A stretch of DNA of 64,000 bases. It comes from an uncultured Gammaproteobacteria bacterium (GTDB taxonomy: Bacteria > Patescibacteriota > Patescibacteriia > Magasanikbacterales > UBA922). The first letter of the stretch is position 1, and each line of letters begins with the position of its first letter. The translations under genes and the position numbers were made by a program. Where the stretch lies: the NCBI GenBank assembly GCA_964522435.1, contig CAZFUL010000002.1, forward strand, positions 108,631 through 172,630. The letters are read 5' to 3'. This document shows positions 1-10,137 of the stretch, piece by piece. The notes beneath the pieces were generated by a model, which worked only from the letters and a program-made list of their open reading frames with translations, ran no database searches and was not told where the DNA came from.

Positions 1-763
1 TTTTTGTGGCGATGATATTCGTTCTCCAAAAATAACAAAAGCGTATTATGATGCGCAACAAAAAGATACATTTATTAATTATTATAAAGAAGTGTATCCA
101 TTCTTTTTTACCGATGCCTACGAAAGACAAAAACAAAAAATAGCAGCAGATGCTGATATGTATGCTGATGTAATCTTTAATAGTCCCTTCGATCAGCGAG
201 GTTATATTACCAAAAAGACCTATCCTATTTTTTACATGATTCCTCTGGAAGAATATTCTTTTGATGCTCATAAACATCGTACCATGCAAAAACCTATTAT
301 TGTGCATGCGCCTAGTTCTTCTTTAACCAAAGGTACTCCTCTCGTGCGTGCAGCGATTAAACGGTTACAACAAGAAGGCTATGAATTTGAGTATATAGAG
401 ATAATGAATAAATCAAATGATGAAGTAAAGGCCTTACTGTTGAATAGTCACATTGTATTAAATCAATTTTATGCTGATGCTCCAGGATTTTTTGGTATTG
501 AGGCATTAGCAACCCATAATGCAGTTCTTATGTCCGCTGATCCGGAATATAATACCGCTGATCTTCCTGCTGACGCGAAAGGAGCCTGGATGGTGACTAA
601 TTATTGGCAAGTATATGATCATCTGAAGTATTTGTTAGAACACCCACAGGAGATATCTGTATATGCGCAAAAAGGACGATTGTTGGTGGAAACATATTTT
701 GATATTTCTGCAGCAAAAAAAAGATATTATACGGCATTAACAAAAGAGGGGATAACGGTATAA
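1..763 (+). CDS. Partial CDS (5' end outside window): probable GT-B glycosyltransferase C-terminal domain
   Basis: The frame is open from base 2 into the annotated GTG-start ORF with no in-frame stop. Motifs 'SSLTKGTPLVRAAIKRL...GYEFEYIEI' and 'GIEALATHNAVLMS' resemble the C-terminal Rossmann half of GT1/GT4 enzymes. It sits next to a flippase gene. Confidence 0.35.
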   Translation, partial: FCGDDIRSPKITKAYYDAQQKDTFINYYKEVYPFFFTDAYERQKQKIAADADMYADVIFNSPFDQRGYITKKTYPIFYMIPLEEYSFDAHKHRTMQKPIIVHAPSSSLTKGTPLVRAAIKRLQQEGYEFEYIEIMNKSNDEVKALLLNSHIVLNQFYADAPGFFGIEALATHNAVLMSADPEYNTADLPADAKGAWMVTNYWQVYDHLKYLLEHPQEISVYAQKGRLLVETYFDISAAKKRYYTALTKEGITV

Positions 764-764
764 G

Positions 765-2195
765 ATGATTAGACGAGTATTAAAAGATGGCATTATTTAT
801 ACTATACCAGTACTAGTTACCCAAGGTATTTCATTATTATTGCTTCCTATTTACACCCGTATACTATCACCAGAACAGTATGGTGCCTTAGATATCCTTT
901 TACTATCATTTATTATTGTTCATATTGTTATTGGATTGGAAATTTCACAAGGTATTGCACGCTATTATAGCGATACACAACATGAGAAAGAGAAAATTGT
1001 ATATGCCTCATCGGCTTGGTGGTTTATTGTATTTTTTTATTTGGTCTTTTTTCTTTTGGCTTTTTTCTTTGCCGCACCACTAGCAACGATGCTTTTGGGG
1101 GAATCTGGGTATACCGTTATTTTACAAATGGCAGTAGTTTGCAGTAGTATTGCTGGTCTTTTTTCTTTTGTATTGAATCAATATCGTTGGTCTTTTAAAA
1201 GTAAAGAGTATGCGGCATTAAGTATATTGGCATCGATACTTTCTTCTGTCTGCGCTCTGTTTTTTGCGGTATATAAAGATTTAGGACTTTTGGGTATATT
1301 ACTTGGGATGTCTGCAGGAACAGGGGTCGCGCTTATGATTGGTTTAATTGGATTACGTAAGACATTCCTCTTTACTTTTGATAAAGCTAAACTTGCGGAC
1401 ATGCTTGCTTTTTCTTTTCCCCTCGTGCCTGCAGGATTAGCATTTTTTGTTAGTTCTTATATTGATCGTTTGATGATTAATCATTATTTATCCTTAGAAG
1501 ACGTTGCCATATATAGTGTTGGAAATAAAATAGCCACCATTGGATTACTTGCGATGGTCGGATTTCAAGGGGCGCTTACTCCTCTTATTTATACACAGTA
1601 TCGATCACCAGAGACCGCAAAAAAAATTGGATTTTTGTTTAAATGGTTTATGATTGCTTCATTACTCTGTTATGTGTTGGTGAATATGTTTGCAAAAGAA
1701 ATTATACAAATACTTGCAACACCAAATTATTATGCAGCAAGCACGCTTCTTATCGTATTAATTCCTGCAATACTGTTTAACAAAATGTATATTTTTGCCC
1801 CAGGATTAAGTATTGCTAAAAAAACAAGTCGTATATTGCTTATTCAGATACTAGGGGCCTGTATAAATTTATTTGGTAATACCCTCTTTATTCCCTATTT
1901 TGGGTATATGGGAGCTGCCATAAGTACGCTCGTGAGTGCAGGACTTGTATTTTTCTTTTATATACACCAAAGTAAAAAATATTACACAATCGCGTATCAA
2001 GGCAGACCTTTGATTATGCTTTCTTTGGTAGCAGTATGTTGTTCTCTCTATATACAGTTTATATCGACACAAACAGGGGGAGTTCTTTGGTTAGTTCGTA
2101 TAGGAATTATAACTCTCTTTCTTTACTGTATCGTGTTATTTCGCATAACGTCTATTAAAGAAGTAACGCAGCGTATCATTCAATATAAAAAATGA
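765..2195 (+). CDS. Wzx-like oligosaccharide flippase (MOP/polysaccharide biosynthesis family)
   Basis: 476 aa and hydrophobic throughout, with about 12-14 predicted TM helices. The size and context inside a sugar-modification cluster fit a flippase. Confidence 0.5.
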   Translation: MIRRVLKDGIIYTIPVLVTQGISLLLLPIYTRILSPEQYGALDILLLSFIIVHIVIGLEISQGIARYYSDTQHEKEKIVYASSAWWFIVFFYLVFFLLAFFFAAPLATMLLGESGYTVILQMAVVCSSIAGLFSFVLNQYRWSFKSKEYAALSILASILSSVCALFFAVYKDLGLLGILLGMSAGTGVALMIGLIGLRKTFLFTFDKAKLADMLAFSFPLVPAGLAFFVSSYIDRLMINHYLSLEDVAIYSVGNKIATIGLLAMVGFQGALTPLIYTQYRSPETAKKIGFLFKWFMIASLLCYVLVNMFAKEIIQILATPNYYAASTLLIVLIPAILFNKMYIFAPGLSIAKKTSRILLIQILGACINLFGNTLFIPYFGYMGAAISTLVSAGLVFFFYIHQSKKYYTIAYQGRPLIMLSLVAVCCSLYIQFISTQTGGVLWLVRIGIITLFLYCIVLFRITSIKEVTQRIIQYKK

Positions 2196-2202
2196 TGCTT
2201 TT

Positions 2203-3315
2203 TTATATTGGCATAAGAAACTTTTGTATCATTTGAGCTGGGTACTCATGTCCACCATCGTGAATACCGCAAGTCACATGTGAGAGTTCTTTAAAAAAAG
2301 TACATGTTTTTTGTTCTATTGATTCTTCTTTGTACGTACCTACTTCTTCTTTTCCATAGGTAAATAGAAATTTTGTTTTCATTTTTGATATTCTTTTATG
2401 AATATAGTCTGCGTTTAATTTTTGGTATAAACCGGGAATAATGATTTGATCATGTCCTGACCATAAAATATCGTAATCCATAATCGAGAAACCACTTGCA
2501 ACGATGGTAGCATCTGGTTCTGATTGGAGAGAATTAATAAGCGCAGCTGCCCCACCTTGAGAAAGTCCGACAATCATTGTGTATGAGTATCGGTTTTGTA
2601 AAAATTTAGTAATAGCCAAACTGTTTGCAATGTAGTGTGCGGAATATGATCCACCAGTATTTATTTGCCAATTAATGATAAAATCTTTATTCAATTTATA
2701 TTTCTCATTATGAATCGCAAGGGGACTACCATTGGGTTTGATTAATATAAATTTTTGGTATTCTTCACCAAGGATATCAATAATATTTGACTGATAATTT
2801 GTATTCTTTCCTTCATGAATTTCAAATGATTGGTTAATACCCGAACCTGGTATAATCAAAGCTGCGGGCTTCTCTGTAGTAACGGCAGCTGGGGCATACG
2901 CATAGGCGGTGTATGTTTTGTTTCCCAGACTATAAGTGAGTGTTAAGATATTGTTGTTATCATCATTAATGAATGTATAATCAGTTATGGTGATATGTTT
3001 ATATGCATCAAAAAAATGTTCGACTGGAAGAAACATTAATTCATTCATTTTTTTAATATCATCTAAAGAGTCAATTGGTTCAAATATTTTTTCTTCTTCT
3101 ATTAAAGGATCCGTAAATGCAAGATCGATTAAATTTTTATCTTCAATCATGTGTGCCATGACGGATTGTTTTATTTTTTTTAACAAGGTGTAGGGAGGAA
3201 TATGGTATTGCATGACGGCTATTCCATAGATAAAAGACAGCAGTAGCGCTGCTATAATAGAAAAAATTGAAAATTGATGATGATATATCGTATTACTGAG
3301 ATGCTTTATATTCAT
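2203..3315 (-). CDS. alpha/beta-hydrolase fold protein (putative esterase), membrane anchored
   Basis: N-terminal TM helix and a GxSxG nucleophile elbow 'VGLSQGGAAAL'. Confidence 0.45.
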   Translation of the reverse strand: MNIKHLSNTIYHHQFSIFSIIAALLLSFIYGIAVMQYHIPPYTLLKKIKQSVMAHMIEDKNLIDLAFTDPLIEEEKIFEPIDSLDDIKKMNELMFLPVEHFFDAYKHITITDYTFINDDNNNILTLTYSLGNKTYTAYAYAPAAVTTEKPAALIIPGSGINQSFEIHEGKNTNYQSNIIDILGEEYQKFILIKPNGSPLAIHNEKYKLNKDFIINWQINTGGSYSAHYIANSLAITKFLQNRYSYTMIVGLSQGGAAALINSLQSEPDATIVASGFSIMDYDILWSGHDQIIIPGLYQKLNADYIHKRISKMKTKFLFTYGKEEVGTYKEESIEQKTCTFFKELSHVTCGIHDGGHEYPAQMIQKFLMPI

Positions 3316-3323
3316 AGATATAT

Positions 3324-4082
3324 TTATATCATATCAAATTCATCTTCTTTTTTATCTTTCCTCCATAATCGTATAAAAATCTTTTGGCCATCAACATAAA
3401 AAAAAGCAGGATAATCGTCTGGGTCGCAGGCCCGTATTTCATGGTATAGTGTTTCTAAATTTTTTTTCGGATCAATTTCTGAATCTTTTGGAGTACGTAT
3501 CTGAGTATAGCTACTTGCATCTTTTTCATTTTGTTCTATCCCTATAAGTTTTTTTTCTTTTATTTTTTGGATAACCTCATATAACACTTCTGGTTCTAAC
3601 TCTTGTGTTTTTCTCGAAAGACTTTTTGTTGTATCAAAAGGGCTAAGAGGAAATGATTTTTGCGCATAGATTACTCCTTTATCCATTTCTTCTGTTAATT
3701 GGTGAACGGTTACCCCACTATTTTGTTCGTTATTTATAATGATATAGGGTCCACTACGATATCCTCTATACTTTGGCAATAAGGTGGGATGCACATTAAT
3801 TGCATAAGGTGCTGCATCAATAACCGTTTTTTCTATAATAAATGGAAAACCACAAGAAACAAGAATATCGTAATCAAGGTTTTTTATTTGAGAAGCCAAT
3901 GATGCTTTCGTCACCGGAATAACAGGTATAGAAAATTCTAATGCCGTGGTGATAACGTCTAAAAATCGTTGATTTTTTTCTGTATAGGTTGGCGTAATAA
4001 CGGCGACCACCTGTTCTCCTTTTTCAAGTAAGTATTTTAGGGCTCGATGGCGTCTTCCACCACTGAGAAATAGTATTTTCAT
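3324..4082 (-). CDS. sugar N-formyltransferase (formyl_transferase family, Fmt/ArnA-N-like)
   Basis: 'HPTLLPKYRGYRSGPY' matches the formyltransferase HPSLLPxxRG signature. The 252-aa size and position beside a DegT aminotransferase are typical of N-formyl sugar pathways. Confidence 0.7.
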   Translation of the reverse strand: MKILFLSGGRRHRALKYLLEKGEQVVAVITPTYTEKNQRFLDVITTALEFSIPVIPVTKASLASQIKNLDYDILVSCGFPFIIEKTVIDAAPYAINVHPTLLPKYRGYRSGPYIIINNEQNSGVTVHQLTEEMDKGVIYAQKSFPLSPFDTTKSLSRKTQELEPEVLYEVIQKIKEKKLIGIEQNEKDASSYTQIRTPKDSEIDPKKNLETLYHEIRACDPDDYPAFFYVDGQKIFIRLWRKDKKEDEFDMI

Positions 4083-4100
4083 AAAAAAATTAATTATATG

Positions 4101-5096
4101 TTAATACAACGTAATGTTATTTTTTATAAATATATTACAAATACGCTCAACATCCTTTTTGCGAAGCGTTGGATAGATAGGAAGGGAAATAGTATGAGTA
4201 AAGGCATGCGTTGCATGAGGGAATTTGCTATCTGAGAGTCCTTCAGCTTGATGTAAAAGTGTATCCACACCCTTTCTAATAGCAATATTGTTTGAGGCAT
4301 ATATGTTATGTATATCATCGAATCGCTCATTGACCTGTATGGGAAAACGAAACCAGTTTCGTTCATCATACGTTTTTGGTATGTTAAGAAGTTTGGTATA
4401 TAAATTAGCCAAGGTATTTCTTTTTTCTAAAAATGTTGGAAATTGTTGTAATTGCGATAATCCAAGAGCTGCTGAAATAGCAGAAGTTCTTTGTGGGTTT
4501 TTGATTGGGGATTTACTAATAAGCATTCCTCCCTCACCTGTGGTCATGCATTTAGTTGCATGAAAAGAAAATAATGCATAATCACCAAGAAGGCCTACAT
4601 GTTCTCCCGTAGCCTGTTTTGTCCCTAGGGCATGCGCGCAATCCTCTATAATAGGAATATGATTGCCAAGAAGGGGGGAAAAATCAACGGCAATACCAAA
4701 TGTATGAACAACAATAATGGCTTTGGTATGTGGAGTGATCTTATTTTTTATTTCAGTTACATTCGTTATCCAAGAAGACGGTGCATTATCATAATATGTT
4801 GGTATGGCACCAAGCTGCCGAATAGGTGATAGGAGTTCCGGACAAACATAGCTCGGCAAAAGAATTTCATCTCCTTGCGTTATATTAAGATCTTGTAATA
4901 TTAATAGAAGAGCGTCTGTTCCGCTATTGGTAAACAATGCAAATTCTTTTGTTGAAGCATTCAAATAGTGTAAAAATGCTTGTTCAAATTGGTTTACGAT
5001 TACCCCGGATGCAATCATGCCCGTAGCAACTTGATTTTTTACTGCTCGGATATCAGCAGAGGTAATCGTTGGTTTTGAATGGGGTATAATGGCCAT
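4101..5096 (-). CDS. DegT/DnrJ/EryC1/StrS-family PLP-dependent sugar aminotransferase
   Basis: 'FSFHATKCMTTGEGGML' is the DegT-family lysine/GEGG motif. Confidence 0.8.
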   Translation of the reverse strand: MAIIPHSKPTITSADIRAVKNQVATGMIASGVIVNQFEQAFLHYLNASTKEFALFTNSGTDALLLILQDLNITQGDEILLPSYVCPELLSPIRQLGAIPTYYDNAPSSWITNVTEIKNKITPHTKAIIVVHTFGIAVDFSPLLGNHIPIIEDCAHALGTKQATGEHVGLLGDYALFSFHATKCMTTGEGGMLISKSPIKNPQRTSAISAALGLSQLQQFPTFLEKRNTLANLYTKLLNIPKTYDERNWFRFPIQVNERFDDIHNIYASNNIAIRKGVDTLLHQAEGLSDSKFPHATHAFTHTISLPIYPTLRKKDVERICNIFIKNNITLY

Positions 5097-5098
5097 AG

Positions 5099-6178
5099 CT
5101 ATTTTTTATCGTAAGGAAACACATAAAAAAACGGGTATTGCGTTTTTAATATGTCTAACGGTTGTTGTACTATATCTTCTTGATATATCTTTGTATAGTA
5201 GTGATAGATGGTGTCTGTCGTATTCCATCTTTTTTTAAAACGGTGAACACCTTCTTGATTTATGTGAGTGCCACCCCAATTCCACGTTGTATATCCCTCA
5301 TCAATGGCATCTTGCATTGCTGTATAAATAAGAAGAGAGAGGGGTTGTTGTGTACGATAGGATGCTGTAATCACAGGAGTAAAATATTCAACAGTTTTTT
5401 GATAATAAAGTAAAAGTAATCCAGCAACGGGTACATTATTATGTTTCGCTATATACAGCTGATACATGTTTTTAGGGAGTGTTGATACCAGGGCGTAAAA
5501 AAAAGTGCTCTCTTTTGCCGTTCCACCAATAGCCACCATGTTTTCTCTATGTGTGTGTATGATATAGTCAAGGTCTTCTTTTTTTTGAGATCGAGATATT
5601 GTTATGTCTGATTTTTTTGCTATTTCAATAGCATAGCGTGTTTTTTTATGAAGCATGCTTTCATCCAATCGTGATGGAGAAGAAAGAGCGGTAATTTGCC
5701 CAATGCGCGTATCTAAAAAAGTATATTTCCATTTTGTATCAAACCATTCTTTATGAGACATTTCTGGATGATCAATAATTGTCCATGCGGCACAGTTGAT
5801 TTTTTTTAGGAGGGACTCTGCGTATTCGATAAGAAGTGTTCGCGCCGTATCTTTCTCAACAGATGATAAGGTGTGTGATAAAAAAAATGAGCCATGACTA
5901 CCATAATAAGGGAGAGAATTGGCAACCGATGGGCCTTGGTTAGTAGGGGTATGTACCATGATGGGGAGAACGCCTTGTATCTGCTGCTGTGTATCTAAGA
6001 GAATAATATAATAACTAGAAACAGTAAGATATATTTCTAGGAGTTTTTTATATTCTAAAGAATAATACAGGGGAGTATTTTTTTGTTTTGATAAGAAATG
6101 CGTATAGTCGCTCTCTTGTTGTTCTGTGAGAAGTATTACCTTCATATTAATGAAAAAATATTCGGCACCACGACTCAA
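5099..6178 (-). CDS. FemAB/GNAT-like (BioF2-like acetyltransferase fold) protein
   Basis: 359 aa. The C-terminal half ('VAGLLLLYYQKTVEYF...WNWGGT') resembles the FemAB/Acetyltransf_6 fold. Such genes commonly accompany asnB-like genes in O-antigen clusters. Confidence 0.35.
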   Translation of the reverse strand: MSRGAEYFFINMKVILLTEQQESDYTHFLSKQKNTPLYYSLEYKKLLEIYLTVSSYYIILLDTQQQIQGVLPIMVHTPTNQGPSVANSLPYYGSHGSFFLSHTLSSVEKDTARTLLIEYAESLLKKINCAAWTIIDHPEMSHKEWFDTKWKYTFLDTRIGQITALSSPSRLDESMLHKKTRYAIEIAKKSDITISRSQKKEDLDYIIHTHRENMVAIGGTAKESTFFYALVSTLPKNMYQLYIAKHNNVPVAGLLLLYYQKTVEYFTPVITASYRTQQPLSLLIYTAMQDAIDEGYTTWNWGGTHINQEGVHRFKKRWNTTDTIYHYYTKIYQEDIVQQPLDILKTQYPFFYVFPYDKK

Positions 6179-8024
6179 AATTTAATAATGACCAAATTAA
6201 CAAGCGGTTATTTTGTTTTTTTTCTATATGATCAGTGACAATTTTTTTCACATAATCGTGATTGATAAAAGCGCTTGATGCCGTATTTGCATCCAACAAC
6301 ATTTCTTTTACATAGGCAGCATTTTCGCCACGATACCAGCTTTCATCAGGAGAAGAAAATCCTTGTTTTTTTCTTTGCCGCAGTTCTTCTGGCATATATT
6401 GCTCCATCGCTTGGCGAAGAACATTTTTTCCATCAGTATATTCTTGATACACAAATTTTTTTCTTTCTATATTTTCGTCAATTCTTTTTATTTCTCTTGT
6501 AAGGTTTCCTAATTTATGGCGAACAGGAATTTTTTGTGCAAAGTTGACCAGATCATTATCGAGAAAAGGGAAGCGTTCTTCAAGTGCATGCGCCATAGAT
6601 AATTTATCTCCAACCAATAAAAGGCCAGGCAGAAATGTCTTTATTTCAAAATATAATGAATTTTGTATATAATCTTCTGGGCGCGTGTATTCTAATTTAG
6701 GATTAAATAAAAAGACTCGCTCAAATAGTTTTTTTGGTTCGTCTATGTTAATTTGAGCAAAAGTTGCTGGGGTAAATAATCGCTGCTTATCTTCATCCTT
6801 TACCAAGCGTTGCCAGTATGTATAATAGTGATCAAAAAATTCTTGTTTGCTTAATGAATCAAACACTTGATAATATCGCCAAGGGTATCCACCAAACAAC
6901 TCATCCCCGCCGGTGCCTTGTAAACATACTTTTACTACTTGTGACGCAAGGCGAGCAATATAATAATTGGGATATGACATTCCCATACGGATATCCTCAA
7001 TATGGGATACGACTGATGGAAGAGATCGTTTAATATCTCCTGCCACAATCACTTGTTCATGATGCGTGGTTCCAACATGCTCTGCCATAATCCGCGCAGC
7101 CTGTCGTTCATCAGAGTTCATTTCTTTTCCCGTAACCTGTGACATGTCAAAACCACAAGTAAAGGTATGCAGTTGTGGAATCGTGCGTGCAGCAATTGCC
7201 GTAATGGAACTAGAATCTAATCCTCCAGATAAATAAGAGCCAACGGGGACATCGGCCACGAGTTGTCGTCGTACGGCTTGTTCTAACAGTCGTGCGGTTT
7301 CTTCTTTCGCTTCTTGAAAGCTCATGTGTTCATCGGGCTGAGAAAAATCATAATCCCACCAAGATTGGTGAACAATGTGTGTTGTACTGGTGGTAATGGC
7401 TATGGTGTTCGCGGGGGGAAGCATTGATATCCCATCAAACAAGGTACGGTAGGTAAAAATATTTTGAAAGGTAAAATATTCGTTTAATGCGCCATAATTC
7501 ATTTTCATCCGATATGCGGGATGTTTGAGAATAGCTTTTATTTCTGACGCAAAAACGCAGAGTCCATCTTGAAACCAATAATATAAGGGTTTTATGCCAT
7601 AGCGATCACGACTTAAATACAGCTGTTGTGTGTGTTTATCCCAAGCAGCAATAGCAAACATGCCATTGTATTGTTCAAATACGCTTGGGCCAAATGCAGA
7701 TAAGCCTTCGACAATGACTTCGGTATCACAATCAGAAATAAAGGTATGACCGCGAGAAATAAGTTCTTGACGTAATTCTTTAAAATTATAAATACAGCCA
7801 TTAAATATGATGACCCAGCGACCATCTTTGGATGTCATGGGTTGTGCGCCTTTATCACTCGTATCTAAAATAGCCAGGCGATTATGCGCAAAACTGATAT
7901 GTGCTTCTTGGTATATACCGGTGCTATCTGGTCCACGATGAGCAATTGCTTCTGACATCTGTTTCAAAAGAGAAGCATCTGTTCCTATTGGTTGTTTTGT
8001 AAATACGCCAGCAATACCACACAT
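6147..8024 (-). CDS. asnB: asparagine synthetase (glutamine-hydrolysing)-like amidotransferase (WbpS-like)
   Basis: N-terminal 'MCGIAGV' with the class-II amidotransferase Cys2 and a PP-loop 'SGGLDSS'. 625 aa. Confidence 0.85.
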   Translation of the reverse strand: MCGIAGVFTKQPIGTDASLLKQMSEAIAHRGPDSTGIYQEAHISFAHNRLAILDTSDKGAQPMTSKDGRWVIIFNGCIYNFKELRQELISRGHTFISDCDTEVIVEGLSAFGPSVFEQYNGMFAIAAWDKHTQQLYLSRDRYGIKPLYYWFQDGLCVFASEIKAILKHPAYRMKMNYGALNEYFTFQNIFTYRTLFDGISMLPPANTIAITTSTTHIVHQSWWDYDFSQPDEHMSFQEAKEETARLLEQAVRRQLVADVPVGSYLSGGLDSSSITAIAARTIPQLHTFTCGFDMSQVTGKEMNSDERQAARIMAEHVGTTHHEQVIVAGDIKRSLPSVVSHIEDIRMGMSYPNYYIARLASQVVKVCLQGTGGDELFGGYPWRYYQVFDSLSKQEFFDHYYTYWQRLVKDEDKQRLFTPATFAQINIDEPKKLFERVFLFNPKLEYTRPEDYIQNSLYFEIKTFLPGLLLVGDKLSMAHALEERFPFLDNDLVNFAQKIPVRHKLGNLTREIKRIDENIERKKFVYQEYTDGKNVLRQAMEQYMPEELRQRKKQGFSSPDESWYRGENAAYVKEMLLDANTASSAFINHDYVKKIVTDHIEKKQNNRLLIWSLLNFESWCRIFFH

Positions 8025-8030
8025 ACGTAT

Positions 8031-9140
8031 TTAGAGTAAACGAGTTATAGCGTCAACAACGGTTTGTTGTTCGGTAATAGTCATATCATGATAGAGGGGG
8101 AGGGTAAGACATTCATGATATGCAGAAAGACTTTGTGTCATTGTTCCTTCAATGCGTATAAGCGGATGATTATTGAATGCGTTGTGCATATGCAAAGAAT
8201 AGGTACCAATTTGTACTTCAATACCTTCTGCACGCAGTGTTTGCATAATACGATCACGCTCCGGAACAAATATGCAATACGATTGGTAAGAATGAATCGC
8301 ATTTTTTGTCACCGTGGGGAGCATTACACGGCTATTGTTGGTGAATAATGTATCATATTGTTTTGCGAGTGCTCTTCTTTTGCTAAGGAGCGTATCAATA
8401 GATTTCATTTGGACCACGCCAATAGCAGAAGCAAGATTAGATAATTTATAATTTGTGCCAATGATATCAAACATCATCTGCTCACGATTACTATCTCGGT
8501 TACTAATACCAAAGCGTTTGTATGAGCGCATCCATTCTGCCCAAACAGGATTATTGGTCGTGATCATACCACCTTCCCCTGTGGTAATAAATTTTCTTGG
8601 ATGTAAACTAAATACAGAAATATCTGCTTGGGTTCCGACGCGTGTATTGTTATATTCAGCACCAATGGTACAAGCGGCGTCTTCTATAAGAAACAAATTA
8701 TGTTCTTTTTTTATGGCATTCAGCGCCTCATAATCAAGTGGGTTTCCAAATAATGATACGGGAATAATGGCCTTTGTTTTTGGCGTAATAGCGTTTTTTA
8801 TCGCCGCTATGTCAATGAGCATGCTTTGTTTATCAATATCAACAATGACGCAGGTAGCTCCAACAATAGCAACAACGGCAGCTGTGGCGGGATAGGTATA
8901 ATCTGGAACAATGACTTCGTCCCCTGGGCCTATACCAAGTGCGCGTAGCGCAACTTCGAGTCCTGTCGTACAAGAGCTTATGGCAATGGCTTCTTTGCAG
9001 CCAATGTAGGTTGTAAATGCGGTTTCAAATTCTTTTGTAACTGGGCCTTCGGTAAGGTAGCCACTGTCTAACACCGCAAGAACTTTTTCTTTTATTTCAT
9101 CGGTGATAAAGGGCTTCATGAGGGGAATAGTGTGCATCAT
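8031..9140 (-). CDS. DegT-family sugar aminotransferase
   Basis: 'SVFSLHPRKFITTGEGGMITTN'. The start was moved to the internal Met pair (MMHTIPLMKPF) to avoid overlap with the upstream gene. Confidence 0.75.
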   Translation of the reverse strand: MMHTIPLMKPFITDEIKEKVLAVLDSGYLTEGPVTKEFETAFTTYIGCKEAIAISSCTTGLEVALRALGIGPGDEVIVPDYTYPATAAVVAIVGATCVIVDIDKQSMLIDIAAIKNAITPKTKAIIPVSLFGNPLDYEALNAIKKEHNLFLIEDAACTIGAEYNNTRVGTQADISVFSLHPRKFITTGEGGMITTNNPVWAEWMRSYKRFGISNRDSNREQMMFDIIGTNYKLSNLASAIGVVQMKSIDTLLSKRRALAKQYDTLFTNNSRVMLPTVTKNAIHSYQSYCIFVPERDRIMQTLRAEGIEVQIGTYSLHMHNAFNNHPLIRIEGTMTQSLSAYHECLTLPLYHDMTITEQQTVVDAITRLL

Positions 9141-9147
9141 AAAAAAA

Positions 9148-10125
9148 TTATTTGAGGGACGTACGCCATGCAATAAGTTTGCGGAGACCCTCTTCTAAAC
9201 TATACTGTGGAATAAACTGTAAGTCTTTTTGAATTTTTTCTGTTGACCCAATACGATTTTTAACAAATTGACGCGCATCATCTGCTGTATAGGGGATATA
9301 CTCAACTGATACAGTGGATTGTGTTAATCGAAGCATCGTATTACACAAATCACGAATACTTGTTTGTATGCCCGTGCCCACATTATAAAAACCATGCGTA
9401 ACAGGAGCCGTAAGGGCGGCAATATTTGCGCGTGCAACATCATCAACATACACAAAATCATAGGCTTGTGAGCCATCGCCGTTTACTTGTGGAGAACGCT
9501 GTGTATCAATACTATTTAACACATTTGGTATTACTCCCGTATAGGCTGCTTGTTGATCTTGATGTGGGCCATATACATTCATATAGCGTAATCCGATAAC
9601 CGGTAATTTGTATCGATCATTAAACGCCGTACACATCGATTCTCCTGCAATTTTTGTTGCTCCGTAAAAATTTTTATTATGAAAGGGATGTTCTTCTGTC
9701 ATGGGAGTAAAAGCCGCATCGCCATATACAGAAGCAGACGAAGAATAAATGAGTTTTTTTACTCCGTGCTTTACACAGGCTTCTAACACATTAAATGTTC
9801 CTGCGATATTTACTTCAAATGCCGTGCGAGGAAAATCTTTGCAATGGAGTAACCACATGGCTGCTAAATGAAATACATAATCAACACCTGCAAATGCGTT
9901 ATCCAATACATCAACGTCGCGAATGTCTCCGCCATAGGGAAACAGGCTGCACCGTGGATCTTGCAGACTTTCAGTAAGATATTCTTTTTTTCCACGAGTA
10001 AAATTATCGTAAATAACGACTTCTTTTACTGGGTGTTTAAGGAGTTCTTTTACCACGGCACTCCCAATAAATCCCGCACCACCAATCACGAGTACTTTTT
10101 TATTATCAAGAGGAAAATCCATCAT
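9148..10125 (-). CDS. NAD-dependent epimerase/dehydratase (extended SDR)
   Basis: 'VLVIGGAGFIGSAVV' Rossmann motif and 'YGATK' YxxxK catalytic motif. Confidence 0.8.
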   Translation of the reverse strand: MMDFPLDNKKVLVIGGAGFIGSAVVKELLKHPVKEVVIYDNFTRGKKEYLTESLQDPRCSLFPYGGDIRDVDVLDNAFAGVDYVFHLAAMWLLHCKDFPRTAFEVNIAGTFNVLEACVKHGVKKLIYSSSASVYGDAAFTPMTEEHPFHNKNFYGATKIAGESMCTAFNDRYKLPVIGLRYMNVYGPHQDQQAAYTGVIPNVLNSIDTQRSPQVNGDGSQAYDFVYVDDVARANIAALTAPVTHGFYNVGTGIQTSIRDLCNTMLRLTQSTVSVEYIPYTADDARQFVKNRIGSTEKIQKDLQFIPQYSLEEGLRKLIAWRTSLK

Positions 10126-10137
10126 ACTACGTTACGA